From positions 40,142 through 104,141 of the forward strand of contig JADLFU010000133.1 in the NCBI GenBank assembly GCA_020849655.1: a DNA stretch of 64,000 bases, read 5' to 3'. The position numbers were made by a program, and so were the translations under genes. Positions 1-7,743 of this stretch are shown piece after piece. Each line of letters starts with the position of its first letter. Position 1 is the stretch's first letter. The notes beneath the pieces are model-generated. The model was not told where the DNA came from, ran no database searches, and saw only the letters and a list, made by a program, of their open reading frames with translations. The DNA comes from Polyangiaceae bacterium (GTDB lineage Bacteria; Myxococcota_A; Polyangia; Polyangiales; Polyangiaceae).

Positions 1-321
1 GGCGCGCGCTGGGTGGGCGGGCGCATCCTGCCCATCCAGGGCTCGCGCACCGCCGTGCTGCAGTACTCGATGGGCAGCGGGCACCGCGTCACCGTCTACG
101 TCTACGATCCGTCGCGCGTCAGCACGGCCGGGCGCGGCCTGACCGCGGGCGCGTCGCCGCGGCTCAGCCGCTCGCGCATGGTGCGCAACGTCCCCGTGCT
201 CGTCGGGCACGTGCGCGGCTACAACGTCGCGGCGACCGAGAAGAAGGGCGTCGGCTACGCGCTCGCCACCGATCTCGACGAGCCCGAGAGCGCCGAGCTC
301 GTCGCCGCGTCCGGCCCGTGA
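1..321 (+). CDS. C-terminal fragment of a putative anti-sigma-factor-like protein (5' end outside window)
   Basis: Frame is open from nt 1 to TGA 319-321 with near-uniform G/C at codon position 3. The tail ...GYNVAATEKKGVGYALATDLDEPESAELV recalls C-terminal halves of membrane anti-sigma factors (memory-based, weak). Confidence 0.4.
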   Translation, partial: GARWVGGRILPIQGSRTAVLQYSMGSGHRVTVYVYDPSRVSTAGRGLTAGASPRLSRSRMVRNVPVLVGHVRGYNVAATEKKGVGYALATDLDEPESAELVAASGP

Positions 322-402
322 TCGCGAGCCGCGCGAGTTTGCCTTGACACCAGGGCGGGGGTGCTGCTACTTCCCGCGCCCCTTTCCCACCAGAGCAGGC
401 GC

Positions 403-843
403 ATGAGCACCCGAACCTTCCAGGCCAAGCCGGCCGATGTCGTTGATAGTCGCAAGTGGTTCGTCGTCGACGCGAGCGGGCAGCCGCTCGGTCGCCTCGC
501 CAGCAGGGTCGCGTCGATCCTGATGGGCAAGACGAAGCCCACCTTCACGTCGCACGTCGACACCGGCGATTTCGTCGTCGTCGTGAACGCCGACAAGGTC
601 AAGCTCACCGGCAACAAGCTCGACCAGAAGCACTACTACCACCACTCCGGCACGCCCGGCGGGTTCCGCACGGAGAGCTACCGCCACCTGCTCGATCGCA
701 AGCCCGAGCTGCCGATCGAGAAGGCCGTGAAGGGCATGCTCCCGAAGAGCGTGCTCGGCCGCCAGATGCTCACGAAGCTCAAGGTCTACGCGACCCCCGA
801 CCACCCGCACGCGGCGCAGAAGCCCGAGGCGCTCTCTCTCTGA
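403..843 (+). CDS. rplM: 50S ribosomal protein L13 (uL13)
   Basis: ATG at 403 inside track ORF 361..843. [52 protein letters not shown] is canonical uL13. Confidence 0.97.
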   Translation: MSTRTFQAKPADVVDSRKWFVVDASGQPLGRLASRVASILMGKTKPTFTSHVDTGDFVVVVNADKVKLTGNKLDQKHYYHHSGTPGGFRTESYRHLLDRKPELPIEKAVKGMLPKSVLGRQMLTKLKVYATPDHPHAAQKPEALSL

Positions 844-851
844 GGCAAGAC

Positions 852-1247
852 ATGTCGACCGACACCCGCACCTACGCCACCGGCAAGCGCAAGACCGCCG
901 TCGCCCGCGTCTGGATCAGCCCCGGCTCGGGGAAGATGACCGTCAACGGGGTGCCCTCCGAGGGCTACTTCGTCCGCCAGACGAACCAGATGATCGCCCG
1001 CCAGAGCCTCGAGCTCCTCGAGCTGGTCGACCAGTTCGACGTCCGCGCGACGGTCGCCGGCGGCGGCCACTCGGCCCAGGCCGACGCGGTCCGCCACGGC
1101 ATCGCGCGCGCGCTCATCGCCGCCGATCAGGAGCGCCGCCCCGCGCTGAAGCGCGCCGGGTTCCTCACGCGCGACGCGCGCAAGAAGGAGCGCAAGAAGC
1201 CCGGCCAGCCCGGCGCGCGCAAGCGGTTCCAGTACTCGAAGCGCTGA
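852..1247 (+). CDS. rpsI: 30S ribosomal protein S9 (uS9)
   Basis: ATG at 852, 8 nt after rpl[15 protein letters not shown]...[19 protein letters not shown]...[12 protein letters not shown]...RKRFQYSKR is canonical uS9. Confidence 0.97.
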   Translation: MSTDTRTYATGKRKTAVARVWISPGSGKMTVNGVPSEGYFVRQTNQMIARQSLELLELVDQFDVRATVAGGGHSAQADAVRHGIARALIAADQERRPALKRAGFLTRDARKKERKKPGQPGARKRFQYSKR

Positions 1248-1283
1248 GCAGCCAGCGCGACGCCGAGCCCCGCGCTCGTCACG

Positions 1284-1313
1284 GAGGCAGGCACCCCACG
1301 GGGCGCCTGCCTC
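1284..1313. terminator. GC-rich hairpin between convergent rpsI and PilZ genes (candidate bidirectional terminator)
   Basis: GAGGCAGGC (1284-1292) pairs perfectly with GCCTGCCTC (1305-1313), with extra C:G pairs inside. Lies 37 nt after the rpsI stop and 31 nt after the minus-strand stop at 1345. No clear U-tract. Confidence 0.5.
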
Positions 1314-1344
1314 TCGTCGTTCATGGCCGCGGACCGGGCGTTGG

Positions 1345-1674
1345 TCACTCGAAGTCGTCGGGCGCGACGAGATCGAGCACGGCCCCCGCGGCGTCCGCGT
1401 TCATATCGACAAACCTTACACCGAACCGCGTCGGCGCCGACCAGGCCACCTCACCGCGCAGGAGCAACGGGTCCCAGAGCGACTGCGCCTCGACCGCGAG
1501 CGTCACCGCCGCGCCGAGGGCGGGGCAGAGGTCGCAGTCGACGCCCGCGCCTCCCAGGCCGAGGTCGTGGAGCCGCACGCGCGCCGTCTTGACGCCGAGC
1601 TCGACCGTCGCCGGCAGGTCCGTGCCTCGCCGCTCGAGGCGACGAAAGTGGCGCTTCGACGTCTCGGCCGTCAC
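1345..1674 (-). CDS. PilZ domain protein (stand-alone, 109 aa)
   Basis: GTG start at 1674. N-terminal KRHFRRLERRG (RxxxR) followed by DLGLGG (D-x-S/G-x-x-G), the PilZ c-di-GMP signature. Good GC3 bias. Confidence 0.75.
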   Translation of the reverse strand: MTAETSKRHFRRLERRGTDLPATVELGVKTARVRLHDLGLGGAGVDCDLCPALGAAVTLAVEAQSLWDPLLLRGEVAWSAPTRFGVRFVDMNADAAGAVLDLVAPDDFE

Positions 1675-1738
1675 CCGCGCATCCTACCGATTCTTTGGGG
1701 GCTCACGGATTTTTTGGATACCCTGCGCTCGAGCCAAC

Positions 1739-3202
1739 ATGTCACAGGACACCCGGAAGGATCCGCGCGCGAAGGTCCTCAGCATGACCGTCCGCTACAA
1801 GAGCGCCACGGTCGATGAGTACATCGAGCAGCACTCGCACGACGTCAGCCGCGGCGGCATCTACATCAAGACGCCGTCGCCGTTCCCCCCCGGCACGCTC
1901 CTCAAGTTCGAGATCAAGATCGGCGAGGATCAAGGCGTCTTGCAGGGCGTCGGGCGCGTCGTGTGGAAGCGCGACGCCGCGTCCGCGACGCCCGAGAAGC
2001 CCGCCGGGATGGGCGTGAAGTTCATCAAGATCGACGACGCGTCGCGCGCGATCATCGACCGGCTCGTCTCGTCGCGCCCGGCCGATCAGCTGTCGAACTT
2101 CGAGGACGAGGGCGCCGCGCCCGCCGCGCCCGCGCCCGCCGCGACCCCGAAGCCCGCGGCCGCGGCCGCCGCGTCGCCCGCGGCGAAGCCCGCGCCGATC
2201 GCGCGCAAGGCGACGATGATGGGCCTCGGCGCGATCAAGCTCCCCGAGATCGCCGCGACGCCGACGATCGAGAAGGCGGACGCCGGCTTCTTCCCCTCGT
2301 CGGCGACGCCGGCCGAGCAGCCCCCACCGCAGGAGCGCACGGTCTACAAGCAGGCGGCCGAGCTGCTCGAGGAGGCGCTGAAGGAGGCGGGCGGCTCGAT
2401 GGGCGAGGTGAGCGAGGCCCCGCTGTTCGACAAGAAGGCCGAGCCGCCCGCGACCACCGCCGCGCCGCCGACGAAGGCGGAGCCGGCGCCGACCGTGCGC
2501 CAGGATCACCTGCCCGAGCCCGCGCCGGAGCCCGCACCCGAGCCCAAGGCAGAGCCGGCGCCCGAGCCGAAGCCGAAGGCGGCGGCCGTCGCGACGACGC
2601 TCCTCTCGTCCGCGCCGCCCAGCCCGCCGTCCGACCCGCCCGCGTCGCCGGCGGCCGCGCCCGCGTCGAGCCCGTCGAAGCGCCCGCGCAGCGTGCCCCC
2701 GCCGGAGCCACAGCAGGAGCCCTCCGGCGGCGCGAGCCGCGCGCCCATCTACGTGGGGATCATCGCGGTGGCGGCGGTGGCCATCTACTTCGTCACCCGC
2801 GGCCAGGCGCCGGCGCCTGCCCCCGCACCCGAGCCCAAGCCCACGCCGGCGGCCGTCTCGACCGCGCCCGCGGCCTCTTCCGCCCCGCCCCCGGCGGTGT
2901 CCTCTGCGCCTGCTCCCGCCGCGAGCGCGAGCGCCGCTCCGTCCGCGAGCGCCGCGAAGAGCGCCGACGCGCCGAAGCCCGACAAGCCCGCAGCGGACGC
3001 GAAGCCCGCGCCGGAGCCCAAGCCCGAGCCCAAGCCCGCGCCCGAGCCCAAGCCCGCACCCGAGCCGAAGGCGCCTCCTCCGCCGAAGCCCGAGCCGAAG
3101 CCCGCGCCCGAGCCGAAGGCAGCCCCGGAGCCGAAGCCCGCTCCGGAGCCGAAGCCCGCCCCGAAGCCCGCCCCGAAGCAGGATCCAGACAATCCTTACT
3201 GA
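1739..3202 (+). CDS. PilZ (TIGR02266-like) domain protein with Pro/Ala-rich linker, one TM helix and (KPAPEP)n tail
   Basis: ATG 1739 (MSQDTRKDPRAKV). RKDPR plus DVSRGGIYIKT plus GMGVKFIKI matches the myxobacterial PilZ-type module. TM segment is IYVGIIAVAAVAIYFV. The C-terminus is PAPEPKPEPKPAPEPK repeats. Confidence 0.8.
   Translation: MSQDTRKDPRAKVLSMTVRYKSATVDEYIEQHSHDVSRGGIYIKTPSPFPPGTLLKFEIKIGEDQGVLQGVGRVVWKRDAASATPEKPAGMGVKFIKIDDASRAIIDRLVSSRPADQLSNFEDEGAAPAAPAPAATPKPAAAAAASPAAKPAPIARKATMMGLGAIKLPEIAATPTIEKADAGFFPSSATPAEQPPPQERTVYKQAAELLEEALKEAGGSMGEVSEAPLFDKKAEPPATTAAPPTKAEPAPTVRQDHLPEPAPEPAPEPKAEPAPEPKPKAAAVATTLLSSAPPSPPSDPPASPAAAPASSPSKRPRSVPPPEPQQEPSGGASRAPIYVGIIAVAAVAIYFVTRGQAPAPAPAPEPKPTPAAVSTAPAASSAPPPAVSSAPAPAASASAAPSASAAKSADAPKPDKPAADAKPAPEPKPEPKPAPEPKPAPEPKAPPPPKPEPKPAPEPKAAPEPKPAPEPKPAPKPAPKQDPDNPY
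2970..3180 (+). repeat. Tandem coding repeats for (K/E)P(A/E)P units
   Basis: Iterated gagcccaagccc / gagccgaagccc units encoding PAPEPKPEPKPAPEPKPAPEPK... A shorter block of the same type lies near 2512-2580. Confidence 0.8.
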
Positions 3203-3254
3203 TTGACGAGGCGAGGCGCGCTGGAGCGCCGCCGTCTCGCGCGCGGCGCGCCGC

Positions 3255-3764
3255 TCACTGGAGCGTCGCGACGCGCACCGTGCGGAGCGTGCGGCGGTAG
3301 GTGAGCGCGGCCAGCTCGGGGGCCTTCTCGGCGTCCTCGACGCCGACCTCCACGAGGCCCGTCAGCAGCTCCTCACGGCGGGTCGCGCGCGCGACGAGGC
3401 CGGCGTCGCACGGGCTGAACTCGCACGCCTGCAGCGCTCGCCGCGTCATCGTCAGCGCCTCCGACGCGTGCCCGCCGGTGAAGAGCGCGCGCGCGACGAG
3501 ATCGCGCCCGGCGGGGGAGGCGTCCACCGCGGGCGATCGCGCCGCGACCGCGAGCGCGCTCCCGGGCTCGCCCTGCTCGACGTAGTGGCGCATCAGCCGC
3601 AACGCGGCGACGGTGTCGCCGGGATCGCTCGCGGAGCGCCGCTCGAGCGCCGCGGTGTCCGCCCGCTGCGGTCCGACGCGCTCGACGCCGCGCCGCCCGG
3701 TCGTCGCCAGCCCCACCCCCAGCACCGACAGCACCAGCAACGAGTTCAGGATCAGTCTCTTCAT
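3255..3764 (-). CDS. hypothetical secreted protein (169 aa)
   Basis: ATG at 3764 (MKRLILNSLLVLSVLGVGLATTG signal-like N-terminus) inside track ORF 3255..3911. Helical, Ala/Arg-rich body; no recognised family. Confidence 0.6.
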   Translation of the reverse strand: MKRLILNSLLVLSVLGVGLATTGRRGVERVGPQRADTAALERRSASDPGDTVAALRLMRHYVEQGEPGSALAVAARSPAVDASPAGRDLVARALFTGGHASEALTMTRRALQACEFSPCDAGLVARATRREELLTGLVEVGVEDAEKAPELAALTYRRTLRTVRVATLQ

Positions 3765-3858
3765 CGGTCGAGCGCCTCGCGATCCGGGGAGACAGCGGCG
3801 GCCGGAGAAAGGTTCCGCCGCTCGGGGCGAATTTGGAGGATAAGGGCGCCACGCGCAG

Positions 3859-4470
3859 ATGGCCTCGAGCAAGGAAGACCGGCGAGCCCAGATCCTCGGC
3901 GTCGCCCGCAAGGAGTTCGCTCGGCGCGGCTACCACTCGACGACCATCGAGGACATCGTCGCCGCCGCCGGCATCGCGCGCGGCACGTTCTACCTGTACT
4001 TCGCCGACAAGCGCGGCGTGTTCGAGGAGCTCGTCGACCGCTTCTCCGCGCGCCTCGGGATGGCCATCCTGCGCGTCGACCCCGGCGATCCCGTGCGATC
4101 GGTCGCCGACCAGGTCAAGGAGAACACGCGCCGCGTGCTCTCGGCGTGCCTCGAGGACCAGATGATGTCGAAGATCTTCATGGCCGACACGCTCGGCGTC
4201 GACGAGGCCTTCGACCGCAAGCTGCTCGGGTTCTACGACGAGGTGACGAAGCTGTTCGTCGAGAGCCTCACCGAGGGCCAGGCGCTCGGGCTCGTGCGCC
4301 CCGGCGATCCGCGGCTGTTCGCGATGTTCACGATGGGCGGCATCCGCGAGGTGCTCTTCCAGATCGTCAAGCGCGACGGCGAGTACGATCTCGAGCGGCT
4401 CGTCGACGGGCTGTTCGCGGTGTTCTCGTCCGGGTTCATCATCGCCGAGGCCGCGAGCAAGCGCGGCTGA
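3859..4470 (+). CDS. TetR/AcrR family transcriptional regulator
   Basis: ILGVARKEFARRGYHSTTIEDIVAAAGIARGTFYLYFADKRGVFEEL is the classic TetR N-terminal HTH. Divergent from 3255..3764. Confidence 0.9.
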   Translation: MASSKEDRRAQILGVARKEFARRGYHSTTIEDIVAAAGIARGTFYLYFADKRGVFEELVDRFSARLGMAILRVDPGDPVRSVADQVKENTRRVLSACLEDQMMSKIFMADTLGVDEAFDRKLLGFYDEVTKLFVESLTEGQALGLVRPGDPRLFAMFTMGGIREVLFQIVKRDGEYDLERLVDGLFAVFSSGFIIAEAASKRG

Positions 4471-4480
4471 CGACGGCGCG

Positions 4481-7400
4481 TCAGTCGCCCGACAGATCGT
4501 CGAACAGCGCCTCCTCGGTCTTCGGCGTCGCGAGCAGCTCGCCGTGCGCGCCGTCGCGCCGCACGACGAACACCCGCTGCGTCACGGTCTCGGGCGTCTC
4601 GCGCGCGACGAAGCGGAGGTAGTTCGTGCCCGGGCGCAGCGGCACCTCGAGATCGATCGGCAGGCGCGTCGGATCGGCGCCGCCCTTGTTGGAGCGGTAG
4701 AACACCTTGCGCGCGTTGACGAACATGTACGCGTCGAGGATGCGATCGCTGTCCGACGCGAAACCAACGATCTTGATCTTCCCGTCGCGCGTCGCGAGCG
4801 CGGCCGGCGCCACCTCGACGAGCGGCGGCGACCGCTGCAGGAGATCCTCGAAGGCCGCGGGCTCCGCCGGCGCGGGCGCGCCGAGCTCCACGTCGGCCTC
4901 CTTCACGAAGCCGAAGCGCGCCTTGCCGAGCTCGATCTTGAGGAACTCCCCCGAGCGACCGAGCACCTTCGCGACGGTGCCGGCAGCGAGCTTGCCGAAC
5001 GGCCGGGGCGCCGCGGACGGCGACTCGACGAGCAGCGCGCCCGCGTCGCGCGCCTTCGCCCCGCCCGAGAGCGGCGTGACGGGCGCCGCGGGCTCGATCA
5101 GCAGCTTCAGCTTCTCGGTCGCGATCTCGCGCAGATCGCGGTCGGCGACGGAGAGCTCGAGCTTCAGCTCCGCGCCCTCGACCGCGGGCTGCACGTCGAA
5201 GGTGAACGCCACGCGCCGCGTGTCGCCGGGCTGCATGTTGCTGATGTCGAACCGCCCCTCGCCGAGCAGCACGCTGTCGCCGGAGAGGTTGCGGAGGTTC
5301 GCCTGCGTCTCGTGGGAGCGCCCCTTGCCGACGTTCCTCACCTTCAGGTACAGGGTGACGCCCTCGCCCTTCTGGACGCGGCCGTCGCCGTTCGCCGCGC
5401 CGCGGTTGTCGACGACCTCGTACGCGTACGCGAACATCGGGCGATCGAGCGCGCGGATCGTCGGGCGCACCTCGACCTCCGCGGGCGCGTGGTCGCCGGC
5501 CGACTCGAACTTGATGCGCACGCCGTCCTGCCGGCTCACCGCGTCCTTCGGGATGCGGCACACGCGCGGCGCGTCCTTCGGCGTCGGCGCGGTCGAGCCG
5601 GGCTTGCGCCCCTCGACGTCACAGAAGCCGACGGGCACGGTCGCCGTCTTCGACTGGCCGGGCAGCAGCTTGCCGAACACGAGCTCCTTGCCGTCGTAGT
5701 AGCCGCTGTCGGCCTGCGTCTGCGCGCGCAGCTGGTACACCGGATCCTTGCCGTTGTTCTTCACGGTGACCGAGAGCTTCATCGCCTCGCCGGCGCGCAC
5801 CTCGTTGCCGGGGCGGTCGGTCTCGACCTTGACCTCGTAGTCCTTCGCGGTCGGCCCGACGTCGGCGCCCGCGGGCGGCTCGGCCCAGTCGACGCCCATC
5901 TTCGACAGATCGGCGGCGGCCTTCGCGAGCTCGTCCTTCTGCACGCCGGCGAGGAAGTCGTGGACCGCGCGCAGCTGCTCCTTGCGCCCCTGGCCGGGCG
6001 GCATCTTCAGCGCGAGCTCGCGCGCGAGCCGGATGGAGAAATCGGCCTCGAACGAGTCGTCGAGCTCGCCGCCGCGCTCGCGCAGCGCCGCGCGCTCGGC
6101 CTCGGGCAGGTAGTAGCGCACGGTCTCCGCGGGCTTCTGCCCCTCCCGCGCGCGCGCGTTCGACAGGTGCGAGGAGAGATCGCGCTCGCGGACGATCTTC
6201 CCGCGCGAGTAGAGGTCCATCTCCTTCTCGTCGACGGTGACGGGATCGAGCTCGATGTCGGGCGCGATGCCCACCGACTGGATCGACTCGTCGCCTGGCG
6301 TCAGGTACTGCGCGATCGTCAGCTTCAGCGCGGCGCGCTCGGGCGTCACGTCGTTGAACACGAGCTGCACGCTGCCCTTGCCGAACGTCGTCTGCCCGAC
6401 GATGAGCGCGCGATCGAGGTTCTTCAGCGCGCCGGCGACGATCTCGCTCGCGCTCGCCGAGTTGCCGCTGACGAGCACGACGATCGGGTAGTCGGGCTCG
6501 GTGCCGGGCGCCTTCGCCGACTTCTCCTCGCGCCCCTCGGCCGCGCCCACCGTCGCCACGATCACGCCGCGCTTCAGGAAGAGATCGGCGATCCGCACGG
6601 CCTGGTCGAGCAGGCCCCCGGGGTAGCCGCGCAGATCGAGCACGAGGCCCTTCAGGTTGGGCTCCTTCGTCTTGAAGTCCGCGAGCGCGGCCTCGATCTC
6701 GTGGACGCTCTTCGACTGGAACTGCTTCAGCCGGACGTAGCCGACGCCGCCGTCGAGCAGGCGCGCCGGATCGACGCTGCGCACGCTGATGATCTCGCGC
6801 GTGAGCTCGAACTTCTTGTCGCCTGCCCAGCCGCCCTCGCCCTCGCGCCGCACCCAGATGGTGACCTTGGACTGCGGATCGCCGCGCAGGCGTCGGACGG
6901 CGTCGTCGAGCGGCATGTTGAGCGTCGACTCGCTGTTGATCTTGACGATGCGGTCGTAGCGCTTCAGCCCCGCGCGGCCCGCGGGCGTGCCGGGCATCGG
7001 GCTCATCACCGTGAGCATCTGGTCGCGCAGCGAGATGACGATCCCGAGGCCGCCGAACTTCCCGGCGGTCGATTGGTTCATCTCCTTGTAGGCCTCGGGC
7101 GACAGGAACACCGAGTGCGGGTCGAGCGTGTGCAGCATCCCGTTGCAGGCCGCGTACTCGATCTCGCGCAGATCGAGCTCGGTGCCGCGGAGGTTCTCCT
7201 GGAGAAAAGCGAAGACCTCGCGGAGCTTCGCCGACACGTCCCAGGGGCCCTGCACGTTGTCGACGCGGAACTTCCGCTCGGCCGTCTCGACGCGCACGGT
7301 GACCTCGGGCGAGCCCTCGTCGTGCAGCACGATGACCTGCGCCACGTCCTGCTGGATGCGGTTGAGCGCCGAGAGCAGCATCTCGCGCGGGCGCACGCGC

Positions 7401-7627
7401 GACGGATCGACGTATTTCTCGCGGATGGTCTTCAGCGTCTCGTTGACCGCCGAGAGCTTCGTGAGATCGTACGGGCCCTTCGGCTGCTTCGTCGCGGCGA
7501 CCGCGATCGAGCCTGGCTCGAGGCCGCGCCACAGCCCGCCCGAGCCGAACTTGATCGAGAACCAGCTCGCGAGGCCGAAGGCGATGGCTGTGCCGGCGTA
7601 GGCGCCGACACGGTGGAGCGTCCGCAT
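4481..7627 (-). CDS. S41 family C-terminal processing peptidase, unusually large (1048 aa) with PDZ and C-terminal beta-rich/SH3b-like extensions
   Basis: N-terminal TM. PDZ (GLGIVISLRDQMLTVMSPMPGTPAGRAGLKRYDRIVKIN). S41 core (PGGLLDQAVRIADLFL; VLVSGNSASASEIVAGALKNLDRALIVGQTTFGKGSVQ). C-terminal VTVKNNGKDPVYQL and LKVRNVGKGRSHE segments plus GTVAKVLGRSGEFLKIELGKARFGFV. Confidence 0.9.
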   Translation of the reverse strand: MRTLHRVGAYAGTAIAFGLASWFSIKFGSGGLWRGLEPGSIAVAATKQPKGPYDLTKLSAVNETLKTIREKYVDPSRVRPREMLLSALNRIQQDVAQVIVLHDEGSPEVTVRVETAERKFRVDNVQGPWDVSAKLREVFAFLQENLRGTELDLREIEYAACNGMLHTLDPHSVFLSPEAYKEMNQSTAGKFGGLGIVISLRDQMLTVMSPMPGTPAGRAGLKRYDRIVKINSESTLNMPLDDAVRRLRGDPQSKVTIWVRREGEGGWAGDKKFELTREIISVRSVDPARLLDGGVGYVRLKQFQSKSVHEIEAALADFKTKEPNLKGLVLDLRGYPGGLLDQAVRIADLFLKRGVIVATVGAAEGREEKSAKAPGTEPDYPIVVLVSGNSASASEIVAGALKNLDRALIVGQTTFGKGSVQLVFNDVTPERAALKLTIAQYLTPGDESIQSVGIAPDIELDPVTVDEKEMDLYSRGKIVRERDLSSHLSNARAREGQKPAETVRYYLPEAERAALRERGGELDDSFEADFSIRLARELALKMPPGQGRKEQLRAVHDFLAGVQKDELAKAAADLSKMGVDWAEPPAGADVGPTAKDYEVKVETDRPGNEVRAGEAMKLSVTVKNNGKDPVYQLRAQTQADSGYYDGKELVFGKLLPGQSKTATVPVGFCDVEGRKPGSTAPTPKDAPRVCRIPKDAVSRQDGVRIKFESAGDHAPAEVEVRPTIRALDRPMFAYAYEVVDNRGAANGDGRVQKGEGVTLYLKVRNVGKGRSHETQANLRNLSGDSVLLGEGRFDISNMQPGDTRRVAFTFDVQPAVEGAELKLELSVADRDLREIATEKLKLLIEPAAPVTPLSGGAKARDAGALLVESPSAAPRPFGKLAAGTVAKVLGRSGEFLKIELGKARFGFVKEADVELGAPAPAEPAAFEDLLQRSPPLVEVAPAALATRDGKIKIVGFASDSDRILDAYMFVNARKVFYRSNKGGADPTRLPIDLEVPLRPGTNYLRFVARETPETVTQRVFVVRRDGAHGELLATPKTEEALFDDLSGD

Positions 7628-7743
7628 GTGGCGCCGACCTTAGCGTAGATCTCGGTGATTTCGAGCACGAGCTGGCCGGGCGCCCCGCCTCGCGCCACGA
7701 GCGCGCGTGAGATCGATGAGCGGCCGGTGTAACGTCTCCGGCG

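Noticed and set aside
4544-7648. 1034-aa plus-strand ORF. Similar very long track ORFs include 5619..8453(-), 8812..10758(-), 18758..20671(+), 20520..22691(+), 42019..44496(-), 44790..47009(-), 47521..49842(+) and 57115..58905(-).
   Set aside because: These are extremely Arg/Ala/Gly/Pro-rich with no motifs. They lie antisense or out of frame to genes that have clear family signatures. Stop-poor shadow frames like these are expected at this GC content.
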